From NCBI GenBank assembly GCA_963827275.1, contig CAWHAA010000001.1, positions 96,001 through 160,000 of the forward strand: 64,000 nt of DNA, given 5' to 3'. Of this stretch, positions 50,758 through 61,030 are shown one piece after another (position 1 is the first letter of the stretch; each line of letters opens with the position of its first letter). The translations under genes and the position numbers were made by a program. The notes below the pieces were generated by a model, which made no database searches, was not told the origin of the DNA, and saw nothing but the letters and a program-made list of their open reading frames with translations. This DNA comes from an uncultured Spirochaetota bacterium. GTDB taxonomy: Bacteria > Spirochaetota > UBA4802 > UBA5550.

Positions 50758-50960
50758 CCGATAACTATCGGCAATATATTGCTCTGGCACCGGGTTTTTA
50801 CCGATAACTATCGGACAAGTGTTGCTCTGACACCGGGTTTTACCGATAACTATCGTACAAAAGTTGCTCTGGCACCGGGTTTTACCGATAACTATCGGAC
50901 AAAAGTTACTCTGACACCTGGTTTTACCGATAACTATCGGACAAAAGTTGCTCTGACACT
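50757..50960. repeat. Five-unit 42-bp tandem array of the palindromic element
   Basis: CCGATAACTATCG(G) at 50758, 50801, 50843, 50885 and 50927; unit ACCGATAACTATCGGACAAAAGTTGCTCTGACACCGGGTTTT. Confidence 0.95.
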
Positions 50961-50966
50961 ATAATT

Positions 50967-51623
50967 ATGAACAAGCTGGAACAGCAGATAATCAACGCGG
51001 CCACAACCTTCGCGAAAGAACGGATGACCCGGCTCCATTCAAGCCACGGGTGGGACCACGTGGAGCGCGTCACTGCCCTGGCGGACAAAATAGCTGATTC
51101 CGAGAAAAATGCCGACCGTTTCATTATACGCGTATCGGCAATCCTGCATGACATAGCCCGCATCGACGAGGTCGGCAGCTCGGGCATACAGTGCCACGCG
51201 GAACGGGGTAGCGGGATCGCGTATGATTTCCTGGTTGATAGCGGCCTCGACAGGGTGCGTGCCGACCATGTACGCCGCTGCATCCTCTCGCACCGCTACC
51301 GGAACGACCATGTCCCGGATACAATTGAAGCGATGATCCTCTATGACGCCGACAAGCTCGATTCTATCGGTGCGGTGGGTATCGGCAGGGCGTTCCTGTT
51401 TTCGGGTGAAGTGGGAGCCCGGCTCCACAATCCCGACATCGACGTGAACCTCACGGAGGCATACGGCAAAGAGGACACCGCCTACCGCGAATATATCGTG
51501 AAGCTGCGTCACATCCGGGACAAAATGCTTACGACCTGTGGCAAGCAGCTTGCGGACGAGCGCCACGACTTCATGGTTGAATTCTTCGATAAGCTCACGG
51601 AAGAAGTTAAAGGCCTTTCCTGA
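50967..51623 (+). CDS. HD-domain phosphohydrolase
   Basis: HGWDHVERV, ILHDI, DADKLDSIGAVGIGR. Confidence 0.92.
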   Translation: MNKLEQQIINAATTFAKERMTRLHSSHGWDHVERVTALADKIADSEKNADRFIIRVSAILHDIARIDEVGSSGIQCHAERGSGIAYDFLVDSGLDRVRADHVRRCILSHRYRNDHVPDTIEAMILYDADKLDSIGAVGIGRAFLFSGEVGARLHNPDIDVNLTEAYGKEDTAYREYIVKLRHIRDKMLTTCGKQLADERHDFMVEFFDKLTEEVKGLS

Positions 51624-51656
51624 ACAGCGGTATGATCGCCGGGCCCAACCCGTGCA

Positions 51657-52601
51657 TTACATCATGCCAGACCGGCCATTGGACATCCTACAATAACTGC
51701 GGCGGGAGCGCCGGGCCATCTTTTTCCCGGCGCGGGATGCAGTGAGGCTGAATGAGTACACGACCAGCAGGTTAATCCCGCCATACATGTCATGACGGTC
51801 GTTAGCGACAAAACCTCCTTTATCGATATCCGTAATCCACAGGTAGCGGAACCGTCCACCCAGTGCAAAGGTCATATTAATCTGCCGTATATGATATGCC
51901 AGGGACAGGGCAAGGTCCAAACCTGCATAGAGAAGTGTCGTGCCGGTACCCATTACGGCCGTATTGATGATATCGCTTACAGGGTTTCTTCTCCCCGCCG
52001 TGAACCTGCTGAATTGAAAAACACATGATACGACGGGAAGAAGGCAGAGGGTCGATACAAGCGGGATGGTAAAACCGGCGCCGATCTCCGGTCCCGCAAA
52101 ATGATGGAATATACGGTGCGAATATGAATAGAAGAGCACACTCGCGTTTGTATACATGTAATAACCGCTGTAGGCGACGCCGCCGAAAATATTCACATAC
52201 TCGTTTACCCGCCCGGAAACCAGAAAGTCAACATCATGCCGTTTTGCCTCCCGCTTTGTCGTGACAGGTTGTTCGATATAATAATAAAGCGGATTTAGCA
52301 ACAGGCGTGTAACCGTCCCCCTGTACACACCGTACGTATATGAAGTAACAATGCCCCATGTTTCATTGATCCCGATGCTTAACAACGGGCCGCCTGAGAA
52401 ATCGGACTTGAGTTTGATGGGCGGGAGAACCAGGGTATCAGAAACCTGCGACCAGTAGGGCTCCCACCAGCAATACCGGACAGACCCGCCGATACCCATC
52501 TGCGCACCGTGGACGCTTCCGGCGGAGCACAGGAGGCAGAGCAGCACTATCGCGGTCCCGCCACGGGCCATTATCATGCGGCCGATCCTACCGGATTTCA
52601 T
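51657..52601 (-). CDS. Hypothetical outer-membrane beta-barrel-like protein
   Basis: Signal peptide and alternating aromatic/hydrophobic beta-strand pattern; C-terminus uncertain. Confidence 0.55.
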   Translation of the reverse strand: MKSGRIGRMIMARGGTAIVLLCLLCSAGSVHGAQMGIGGSVRYCWWEPYWSQVSDTLVLPPIKLKSDFSGGPLLSIGINETWGIVTSYTYGVYRGTVTRLLLNPLYYYIEQPVTTKREAKRHDVDFLVSGRVNEYVNIFGGVAYSGYYMYTNASVLFYSYSHRIFHHFAGPEIGAGFTIPLVSTLCLLPVVSCVFQFSRFTAGRRNPVSDIINTAVMGTGTTLLYAGLDLALSLAYHIRQINMTFALGGRFRYLWITDIDKGGFVANDRHDMYGGINLLVVYSFSLTASRAGKKMARRSRRSYCRMSNGRSGMM

Positions 52602-52618
52602 GGTGCGGTATCTTCATA

Positions 52619-55177
52619 TCATGCCCAGGTAATAGACAGATCGGGGTCAAACTTTCGGGGCATGCAGGTATGGGACGGCAGCACCCTGACCGTGAAGCCG
52701 AAGCGTCCCGACTGCAGGCAGAGCATCTGTCCCTGGAACATGAGGGCCCCCTTGCTCCCCGGCCCGCTTTCACGCATCGGCAGGGCCACCCCTTCCACGA
52801 TCTCGCCGTTCTTGTCAAGGGCGCCGAAGTAAAGCTCCACGCGCACGTCTTTCGGTTCTACCGGCCCGAGGTCGATCTCGGCGCGCACCGTGACCTGCGA
52901 GTTCACCTTGATCTCATTCTCCTCGGCGATATCAACCTGCAAAATGCGTATTGAGTCCCAGTTTTTCGAAATGGCGGTTTTCCATGTGGAAAACTCCCTC
53001 ACCCGGCTGAAGTTGTCCTTCTGGAAATCAACGGAAAAGCGGTGCGCCGACTTGTAGAATTTTTCCGTGTAGTCCTTCACCATCCTGTTGGTGTTGTAAA
53101 TCGACGTGATGCTTTTCATCGATTCCCTCATGCGGATGAGCCATTCCCGGGGTAATCCGTCAAGGGTCCGGCCGTAAAATGCCGGCTTGACGTCCTTCTC
53201 CAGGATGTTGTAAAGGAACAGGCTTTCAACTTCATCCTGATATGCGAGGTCGCCGTACTCCTCGCCTTTCCCGATGGCCCATCCATTCGCCGTGTTGTAC
53301 GCCTCGTCCCACCAGCCGTCAAGCACGCTGATATTGATACCGCCGTTGGGCACCACCTTCATGCCGCTTGTTCCGGATGCCTCCTTCGGGCGGATGGGGG
53401 TGTTCAGCCACACATCCACGCCCTGGACCAGGTTGCGCGCCACATCAATATCATAATCCTCTATAAAGACCATCTTCCTCCTGAAGCGCTCATCCGAGCA
53501 CAGGTGGATTATCTGACGTATCAGCTCCTTCCCCATGTTGTCATGGGGATGGGCCTTGCCGGCGAATATGATCTGCATCGGCCGGTCCTTGTCATGCATG
53601 AGCTGCATGAGCTTTTCAATGCTCCGCAGAATGAGCGTCCCCCGCTTGTAGGTCGCGAAACGGCGCGCGAAGCCGATGGTAAGCGCGTCGGGATCGAGCA
53701 CGGAATTCGCTATCTCCGCTTCCTTCGGAGACACGCCGCGGTCAAGGAGCTGCTTCCTGAGGCGACGGCGGACAAACGACACCAGGCGCTCCCTGAGGTG
53801 CTCCCTGCACCGCCACAGCTCGGAATCGGGGATATTATCGACATTTTTCCAGATCGAGTTGTCCGCCGGATTGTCGATCCACCTCGGGCCGAGGTAGCGG
53901 TTCAGGAGCCGCATCATCTCATCGGAGGTCCATGAAAGGGTCTGGACACCGTTGGTGATATGGTCAATCGGCACCTCGTGTACCGGCAGCGACGGCCAGA
54001 TACTCTTCCACATGTTTCTGGAGACCCGTCCATGGAGCCGCGACACGCCATTGCACCCGGCCGCCAGCTTGAGGGCGAGCACGGTCATGCAGAATGATTC
54101 CTTCTTGTCGCCGGGGTCCTCACGGCCCAGCGCCAGGAACTGGTCCATCGTCAGCCCGATCTTCCCGGCGTATTCGCCGAAATACGCCCCGATCATTTCA
54201 GGTGCGAAGCGGTCATTCCCGGCTGGTACGGGGGTATGCGTGGTAAAGACGTTGCTTGCCGTGACAAAGGCGTTCGCTTCGTGGTATGAAAGCTTGTGCT
54301 CCTCCATCGCCATCCTGATTCGTTCAAGGGCGAGAAACGCCGCATGCCCTTCGTTCATGTGGTAAACGCTTGCGTGCTTCCCCATGGCCTTCAGCGCGCG
54401 CATCCCGCCGATGCCCAGGACGATCTCCTGGCGGATCCGCATCTCTGAATCGCCGCCGTATAGCTCGTCGGTTATGGCCCTGTCGATCGGCATGTTCCTG
54501 TCGATATTCGTGTCCAGCAGATACAGCAGGACCTTGCCGACCCGCACTTCCCAGATCTGGGCGTACACGGTCCGGCCCGGCAACTCCACTGAAACAAACA
54601 CTGCTTCGCCTTTTTCATCTTTCACCGGACGCGCCGGCATATTGTAGAAATCTATTTCCGGGAAGCTCTCCTGCTGCCACCCGTCCAGGTTCAGGTACTG
54701 GTGGAAATACCCGAGCCGGTAGAAAAGACCGACGCCGACCAGGGGAAGGCCGAGCTCGCTCGCCGACTTGAGATGATCGCCGGCAAGGACCCCGAGGCCG
54801 CCCGAATACATCGGCAGGCTTTCATGGATGCCGAACTCCGCGGAGAAATATGCGATTCCCGCCTCGCTGAAGTCCTTCCGGTGTTCGTCGTACCAGGTCT
54901 TCCGGGTCATGTGCCATTCAAGTTCGCGCTGCACTTTTTCCATGTGAGCGAGAAAGCTCTCCGAGGATGCGGACTCCTCGAGGAGCGCCTGCGAAATTGA
55001 CCCGAGCATTTTAACGGGATTGTGCTTCACCTCGCTCCAGAGGTCCACATCCAGCCTGCGGAAAAGCTCAATCGCCTCGACGTTCCAGACCCACCACATG
55101 TTGGACGCGATGGTGAGCAGCGGGGAAAGCTTGTCCGGCAGGTTCGGAACGACTTTAAACTTCTTGACAATGGCCAT
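52619..55177 (-). CDS. glgP: Alpha-glucan (glycogen) phosphorylase
   Basis: YFSAEFG, YSGGLGVLAGD, HMNEGH, FTTHTPVPAG, FARRFATYKR, EASGTSGMK. Confidence 0.96.
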   Translation of the reverse strand: MAIVKKFKVVPNLPDKLSPLLTIASNMWWVWNVEAIELFRRLDVDLWSEVKHNPVKMLGSISQALLEESASSESFLAHMEKVQRELEWHMTRKTWYDEHRKDFSEAGIAYFSAEFGIHESLPMYSGGLGVLAGDHLKSASELGLPLVGVGLFYRLGYFHQYLNLDGWQQESFPEIDFYNMPARPVKDEKGEAVFVSVELPGRTVYAQIWEVRVGKVLLYLLDTNIDRNMPIDRAITDELYGGDSEMRIRQEIVLGIGGMRALKAMGKHASVYHMNEGHAAFLALERIRMAMEEHKLSYHEANAFVTASNVFTTHTPVPAGNDRFAPEMIGAYFGEYAGKIGLTMDQFLALGREDPGDKKESFCMTVLALKLAAGCNGVSRLHGRVSRNMWKSIWPSLPVHEVPIDHITNGVQTLSWTSDEMMRLLNRYLGPRWIDNPADNSIWKNVDNIPDSELWRCREHLRERLVSFVRRRLRKQLLDRGVSPKEAEIANSVLDPDALTIGFARRFATYKRGTLILRSIEKLMQLMHDKDRPMQIIFAGKAHPHDNMGKELIRQIIHLCSDERFRRKMVFIEDYDIDVARNLVQGVDVWLNTPIRPKEASGTSGMKVVPNGGINISVLDGWWDEAYNTANGWAIGKGEEYGDLAYQDEVESLFLYNILEKDVKPAFYGRTLDGLPREWLIRMRESMKSITSIYNTNRMVKDYTEKFYKSAHRFSVDFQKDNFSRVREFSTWKTAISKNWDSIRILQVDIAEENEIKVNSQVTVRAEIDLGPVEPKDVRVELYFGALDKNGEIVEGVALPMRESGPGSKGALMFQGQMLCLQSGRFGFTVRVLPSHTCMPRKFDPDLSITWA

Positions 55178-55222
55178 ACTACCCTCGAATGATTGGTGTT
55201 TTTAAAAAGGCGTGACCGGTGG

Positions 55223-56716
55223 TCAGCCCTGGTGCTGCTCCTGCGGTACCGGAAGGTACACGGAAAAAACCGATCCCTTTCCGATCGTCGATTTTACATC
55301 AATATACCCGTGGTGACGCTTGATGATCGCATAACTCGTGGCGAGGCCCATGCCGCTCGCCATCTCCTTGGTCGTAAAATAGGGGTCAAAAATGCTGTTA
55401 AAATTTTCAGGCGGGATGCCGCATCCCTCGTCGCTGACCGATATGCGCACATAGCGCCCGGGCTGCAGGGTTATTTCATGGTGCGACATCTCATGTTCAG
55501 CCACGATGTTTTCCGCATTTATCGTGATCGTCCCCGGTTTCGCCATGGATTCCACCGCGTTATCAATGATATAGCTGATAACCTGGCCGATCTGGAATTC
55601 ATCGATATCGGTGTCCCAGAGCCCCTCCTGTATGGTGAGCGTATACGTGCCGGCATAATCGATGAGCGCCGCATCGACAATGACCCTCAGGGGGTCTTCA
55701 TAATTGATTACTTTCCGCTCCGGCTTCCCGCCCCGGGCGAAAATGCTGAGTCGCCGGGTCAGGTCAACCGTCCGTAGTGAGGCTTCCTCCGCGTCATTCA
55801 ACACTTCCATCAGGCTTGTATTTTCGGGATCCGCTTCCATTTTCGCGAGGGATATATTCCCCAGAATGGCCGTCAGCGCGTTGTTGTAATCGTGCGCGAT
55901 GCCGCCGGAAAGTATCCCGATGGCCTCAAGCTTGCGTGCGCGCTGGAGCTCCTTTTCCATTCTGTTCTTTTCCGATACATCCCGGATTATCCCGCGGAAG
56001 GCCCTGATGCTGCCGTCAGCCCCCCGTACCGGGGATATCGAGCACTCAACGAATTTTTTTCTGCCGTGCTTGGTGATGGCGATGAAGTTGACGAAGCGGT
56101 TCGGCTTCCCGGTGACATACACTTCGTGATATATGTCGTAGATCCTTTTCTGGTCATCCGGGGTATATAATTTTTTGTAGCTCAATCCGATAAACTCATG
56201 GTAGTCATACTCGGTGATGAGGCACATCGCGCGATTGGCATGGATAAAACGCCCCTGGATATCGCACTCATAAAAACCGTCTTCGAGGCCGTCCACGATG
56301 TCATGCCACTGCTCTTCGCTCCGCTCCTTTGAATAACGCGAGATGTCATGCGTCACGATCACCGCGACAGACCCGTCGCCCGATGATTGTTCCATTATTG
56401 TCAGCAGTATCCCGAGAGATCGAACAAAGCCGGTAGGTGTCGTGACGGTTATATCCCTGCGCTGGACTCCCCTGTCCCTGAAGGAAGCCGAGAGGATATC
56501 CCCGAGCGCCGGCGACAGTTCGTTTATCGTGCGGTCGGGAGCGCCCGGTTTTTCATCAACGCCAAAATGAGCAAGAAAGACGCTGTTTGCATACTGCACG
56601 CGGCCATCAAGTCCGCAGATGCATACGCCGATCCCCTCCCTCTCCATCGCATCCAGAGTAATTTTCGCAACATCGTCACGCCGCATGACACCTGCCATCC
56701 GAACTCTCCTCCCCAC
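55223..56716 (-). CDS. PAS-domain sensor histidine kinase
   Basis: Two PAS domains, GGIAHDYNN H-box, DEGCGI, FDPYFTTK, GMGLA. Confidence 0.92.
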   Translation of the reverse strand: MGRRVRMAGVMRRDDVAKITLDAMEREGIGVCICGLDGRVQYANSVFLAHFGVDEKPGAPDRTINELSPALGDILSASFRDRGVQRRDITVTTPTGFVRSLGILLTIMEQSSGDGSVAVIVTHDISRYSKERSEEQWHDIVDGLEDGFYECDIQGRFIHANRAMCLITEYDYHEFIGLSYKKLYTPDDQKRIYDIYHEVYVTGKPNRFVNFIAITKHGRKKFVECSISPVRGADGSIRAFRGIIRDVSEKNRMEKELQRARKLEAIGILSGGIAHDYNNALTAILGNISLAKMEADPENTSLMEVLNDAEEASLRTVDLTRRLSIFARGGKPERKVINYEDPLRVIVDAALIDYAGTYTLTIQEGLWDTDIDEFQIGQVISYIIDNAVESMAKPGTITINAENIVAEHEMSHHEITLQPGRYVRISVSDEGCGIPPENFNSIFDPYFTTKEMASGMGLATSYAIIKRHHGYIDVKSTIGKGSVFSVYLPVPQEQHQG

Positions 56717-58246
56717 CTATAGTACTTCAAAACCAATGAGGACAATATCATCCTCAGCCGGAAGGCCTTCACGAAAATGACCCGCTTCCGCAAGAATATA
56801 ATCAAGCGACTCACCCAGGCCCATTGCGCCACCGCGCCTGACTATATCAAGGAGCCCCTCCGTCTCCAGCATGTCCTTGTTGGCATTGCGCGCCTCGGTA
56901 ATGCCGTCCGTGTACAGATAAATCCGGTCACCCTGCGCGAGTTTTGCAGCCATCTCCTGGAACCGGACATTCATTGAGATACCCACCGGCATCCCGCCCG
57001 AATGGAGCCCGAGCGCTGTTTTCTCTCCGCTGCGGTAGAGCACCGGCGGGGTATGCCCCCCCTTTGCGAACCTGAACATGACACCGTCAGCTGAAAAATC
57101 GAAGAACCCGTACAGCGCCGTAAAAAACGGCAGGGACATCGTCTCAAACAGGATATGGTTCAATTCATCCAGGTATTCGGACGGCATGGTGCCTTTCCTC
57201 GCGTTGAGGCGCTCTGACATCGAACGCACCAGGGCAAGAAAGAGGGCCGCCGATACCCCGTGGCCCGCGACATCTCCAATGAAAACCCCCAGGCCGGGTT
57301 CATGTAAAGTATTAAATGAAAAATAATCGCCCCCGATAGTCTCCATGGGAAGATAGCGGAAATCAACACGAAGGCGGTCCGATTGCGGCGACGCCCCCGG
57401 GAGCAGGCGCTCCACGGCCATCTGCGCGTTTCTCAGGTCACGCTCGATCTGGTTATTTTTTTTCCTGAGATTCTCTTCGCTGGCCAGCAGTTCAATCTCG
57501 GCCTTTTTCCTGGCGGTCACGTCCTCTTTCACCGCGACATAGTGGGTGACCTCTCCTTCATTGCCCATGACGGGCGATATTGAGGCCGCCTCCCAGTACG
57601 GCTCGCCGTTCTTTTTGAGGTTATGAAATTCACCGCGCCATTCCCTGCCCGAACTGATCGCCTGCCAGAGCTCGTCATAAAATTCGGACGATTGCATGCC
57701 CGATTTCAAGATACGCGGGTTGTGGCCCAGGACGTCGTTTAAACTGTAGCCGGTAAGTTGAGAAAATTTTTTATTAACATACTGTATCGCGCCGGACTTA
57801 TCGGTAATCATGACGGTGGACGGGCTCTGTTCGACCGCGAGGGCGAACAGGGCCATTTTTTCCTCGACCTCGGGGTCGATCGCATCTTTTCTCGCGATGA
57901 TGCCGATAAAGCGGGACGTCCCCTGACCGGGCCGGGCCCGGCATGCGATGGTGCACTTGACGGTCCCTGATTCCGCATGGACAATCAATGCATCACGGAC
58001 AACCGGCGTCTGGTTCTTTTCGTTTACCAGATCCTTGAATACGCGGGGGTTTCCTTCGAATAAAATGACGCTCAACGGCTTTTTCAACAGGCTGTCCGGC
58101 CCGCGTCCCGTGATCCTCTCAACCGCAGGGCTGACATAGAGGAAGTTGCCAGCGCCATCGAGTGAAAAAACAGCGGTATCTATCCGTTCGAACAGCGATA
58201 CGAATAATTCATCGATCGTTTCCGGATTCATGCGTGTGGTCACCAT
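56717..58246 (-). CDS. PAS-PAS-SpoIIE (PP2C) phosphatase
   Basis: PAS motifs, IGGDYF, GDVAGHGVSAAL, LYTDGITEA, EDDI. Confidence 0.92.
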   Translation of the reverse strand: MVTTRMNPETIDELFVSLFERIDTAVFSLDGAGNFLYVSPAVERITGRGPDSLLKKPLSVILFEGNPRVFKDLVNEKNQTPVVRDALIVHAESGTVKCTIACRARPGQGTSRFIGIIARKDAIDPEVEEKMALFALAVEQSPSTVMITDKSGAIQYVNKKFSQLTGYSLNDVLGHNPRILKSGMQSSEFYDELWQAISSGREWRGEFHNLKKNGEPYWEAASISPVMGNEGEVTHYVAVKEDVTARKKAEIELLASEENLRKKNNQIERDLRNAQMAVERLLPGASPQSDRLRVDFRYLPMETIGGDYFSFNTLHEPGLGVFIGDVAGHGVSAALFLALVRSMSERLNARKGTMPSEYLDELNHILFETMSLPFFTALYGFFDFSADGVMFRFAKGGHTPPVLYRSGEKTALGLHSGGMPVGISMNVRFQEMAAKLAQGDRIYLYTDGITEARNANKDMLETEGLLDIVRRGGAMGLGESLDYILAEAGHFREGLPAEDDIVLIGFEVL

Positions 58247-58335
58247 ACCTATAACGTACCATACCGGGTGTACCGTGACAATAAAAAAATTACTGCGATC
58301 AATTTTCGCGATTTTTGGAGGGGAATCGTTCCGGG

Positions 58336-59136
58336 CTATTCTCCCGGGACAGCTATGCGAAATCCATAATAGGGGCTCCGCGCGGTAGGACACTTCCTGA
58401 GCCTGAATTCCCTGCACCTCTGCACGGGATGGCTCATGAGAGACCCGCCGCGCAGCACTTTATAAACCCTGCCGAAATCCCTGTGGTCCGGTCCGCCGGG
58501 ATACCGGTCGTACCAGTCTTCGGTCCATTCCCAGACTATCCCGACAGAGCAGGGAAAACCTCCGCGCAGCGCGTCGCTGACAGCCTTTTCATACTCTGCC
58601 TGCCCGTACCGGCGCGGGCTGCCTCCCGTGCACTCCCTTACCCCGGCAACACCGCACCTTCGGGCGAATACTTCCCATTCCGCTTCGCGCGGGAGCCGTA
58701 CTGTTTTCCCTGATTCTGCTGAAAACCATGCGCAGTAGGCGACCGCGTCATTCCAGGTGACCTGCATGACCGGCACCGTGTCGCCGCACCGGCCCCATGC
58801 TTCTTCGCCAGGCCCGAATGGCCGCTTCCAGTCAACACCCGCCCGCTTGTGCCACCGCCCATCAGAAAGGACCCATCCCCAGCCGTCGCGCTCTGCCTCG
58901 GTACAGTATCCCGTGTCCGCGACAAACCTGGAATACTCGGCACATGAAGTAAGGAATTTCCTGATCATGACCGGACCGGCATGGACGGAATGTTCAGGGA
59001 CCGCTCCCGCAAGGAAATCTTTTTTGATGCGGTCGTCCCGTACCGCGGCATATGCGGGGCCGAGGTCATCCCCGGACAAACCGACCGGGTATTCTCCCCC
59101 GGGTATCACTATGAATTCATCATTGTTCAGTATCAT
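58336..59136 (-). CDS. FGE-sulfatase (SUMF1/EgtB/PvdO) domain protein
   Basis: PVMQVTWNDAVAYC, RLPREAEWE, VWEWT.DWY, RGGS, GFR. Confidence 0.88.
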   Translation of the reverse strand: MILNNDEFIVIPGGEYPVGLSGDDLGPAYAAVRDDRIKKDFLAGAVPEHSVHAGPVMIRKFLTSCAEYSRFVADTGYCTEAERDGWGWVLSDGRWHKRAGVDWKRPFGPGEEAWGRCGDTVPVMQVTWNDAVAYCAWFSAESGKTVRLPREAEWEVFARRCGVAGVRECTGGSPRRYGQAEYEKAVSDALRGGFPCSVGIVWEWTEDWYDRYPGGPDHRDFGRVYKVLRGGSLMSHPVQRCREFRLRKCPTARSPYYGFRIAVPGE

Positions 59137-59201
59137 GGCAGCGGATGCTTCGTGATGAATAAGAACGGCCTGGCGGCGTGTACGATCCGGCCGCCGGAGT
59201 G

Positions 59202-61028
59202 TCAATTTACCGCATCCACCAGGCTGTATGCATCACTCCCGTCAGCCGGGTATTCAGCGGTTAAAAACGTGATGAGCAGTTGCGCATCCCTGGTGCCGAA
59301 CGAGCGGGTCAGCTCGTTGCAGATCGTATTCGCCAGCGGTACCGCGTATTTCTTGTCCTTGCCCGGAAGAACGACCAGGATCTTGTGCCGGTCATACCGT
59401 ACAGAAAAATCCTTATCGCCGAGCCGGGACCGTATGAATTTTTCAAAATGATTGAACATGCCTTTGACTTTTTCATGGCCGAACAGTGTGTGAAACCGCT
59501 TGTAATTCTTGACCGACAGGAGCACCAGTGAGACGGGTATATTTAAATCGCGCGCATTCTTGATCTCATCGTTAACACGGTTGAAAATCCCCTCGATAGT
59601 ATCGATATAGCTGCCGCGTTCGTATTCCATCTCCCTGACAATCGCAACATATGGGAAGATAAAATCCGTAAATTTGATCAACCGCGCGTGCACGGTGTCA
59701 AGATGGGCGGACTCATCGATATCAAAGATCATGATGAAGCCAAGCATGTCCCCGCCGAGCTTGAAGGTAAACAGGTCAAGCACCGCCATGTTTTTAAGCT
59801 GGGAGCCGGTAAAAATCTCGACCAGTGACTTGGAGCGGCTGACATCGTTGAACATGATGGGGCTTTCCGCATGCGCTATCTCCTGCACCAGGGCGCTCCC
59901 GGAGGCGATGCGAAAATTCATCTCTTCCAGCCGGAGCCGGTCCTCGGCTTCAGTGGCGAATATGATGAAGTCCCTGCTGCTGTCGTCCCTGACAAAAATG
60001 CCGTAGCTCATGATCCCGAGGTTGCGCAGCTCTTCCCTTATAATTTCGCGAGTCCTGCCGACCCCGCTCTCCGCCACGATCTTTCCGCGTATCCCGTCAA
60101 CGGCGGCGTAATGCGCACCCGGTCCGCTGCCGGTGTCATTCAATTCCTTGAACTTGATGGCGCGGTACGCGAACGCCGAGTATTCGGCGATGACCGTGAA
60201 GAACCCCTTTTCCTCGCCGGTGTAATCGCCTGACGACAGCTTGTTTCCCAGGATAATTGCGCCTATGACGGTGTCATTATGGATGACCGGCACAAGGAGC
60301 CGCGTATCGATGGAGATATAGGAATAATAATCCTCGCTGAATGCCGTGTTGTCCTTGTATTCTTCAATGTCGATGATCTCTTTCCGGGCCAGCAGCTCCT
60401 TCAGAATACCGGCCGTTGCCCGCAGCTCAACTTCCTCCCTGTTGATGGTCACGCCCCTTGACTCGACGATCTCCCATTCATCAGGATCAAGCCTTCCCGG
60501 TACCATGACCGAGGATGATGAAACACCGACCTGCCCCATTATCGAGAACAGTATGACATCAAACAGCTCCTCGGCGGAGTCGGCGCCCAGGATGTCCTTG
60601 CTCAGCGCGTACAGCGCCATGTTGTCAAGGAGTGCGCCGCTGTCGTCATATCCCTGGCTGGCGGCGGCCCGCCCCCCGATTTTTTCCGTATAGGCGTTAT
60701 CACCTGACGGTTCCGGCGTGAGCTTCGGCCTGGTGACGGAAGACCCGTCCTGTTCGATTCCCTGATCCCCCCGCCGCATATTATTCTTCCCACGCTCATC
60801 ATCAGCCAGGGACGCATCTTCCGCCGCCGCGTCGTCAACCGCAACGAGGTCGGATTCATGCAAATAAAGGATGTCGGCGTCCGCGGGATTCGCAGACACG
60901 CCGTTGTCATCAAGCTCCCTCAACGGCATCGCCGTATCGGCCGGACCGGCAATCCTGTCCATGATGGACTTTTTGCCGATGTCGTTGATCCTGTGCTTAT
61001 AATTCAAGGCCTTTTCCATTAATCCCAT
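59202..61028 (-). CDS. GAF-domain protein with degenerate GGDEF-like C-terminus
   Basis: GAF-like LLVPV...VIGAIILG; C-terminal cyclase-like fold with RYDRHK in place of RYGGDE. Confidence 0.65.
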   Translation of the reverse strand: MGLMEKALNYKHRINDIGKKSIMDRIAGPADTAMPLRELDDNGVSANPADADILYLHESDLVAVDDAAAEDASLADDERGKNNMRRGDQGIEQDGSSVTRPKLTPEPSGDNAYTEKIGGRAAASQGYDDSGALLDNMALYALSKDILGADSAEELFDVILFSIMGQVGVSSSSVMVPGRLDPDEWEIVESRGVTINREEVELRATAGILKELLARKEIIDIEEYKDNTAFSEDYYSYISIDTRLLVPVIHNDTVIGAIILGNKLSSGDYTGEEKGFFTVIAEYSAFAYRAIKFKELNDTGSGPGAHYAAVDGIRGKIVAESGVGRTREIIREELRNLGIMSYGIFVRDDSSRDFIIFATEAEDRLRLEEMNFRIASGSALVQEIAHAESPIMFNDVSRSKSLVEIFTGSQLKNMAVLDLFTFKLGGDMLGFIMIFDIDESAHLDTVHARLIKFTDFIFPYVAIVREMEYERGSYIDTIEGIFNRVNDEIKNARDLNIPVSLVLLSVKNYKRFHTLFGHEKVKGMFNHFEKFIRSRLGDKDFSVRYDRHKILVVLPGKDKKYAVPLANTICNELTRSFGTRDAQLLITFLTAEYPADGSDAYSLVDAVN

Positions 61029-61030
61029 GG

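Noticed and set aside
50757..50960. CRISPR array
   Set aside because: Inter-palindrome segments are near-identical rather than unique spacers, the repeat is only 14-16 bp, and there are no cas genes or leader. Same for 25753-25857.
50779..50964. 61-aa ORF with TDNYRTKVALTPGF repeats as a real protein
   Set aside because: TTG start inside the array, no RBS; open frame follows from the 42-bp period.
58336..59136. DGR target (FGE/CLec fold)
   Set aside because: No reverse transcriptase or template repeat matching its 3' end seen in the window.
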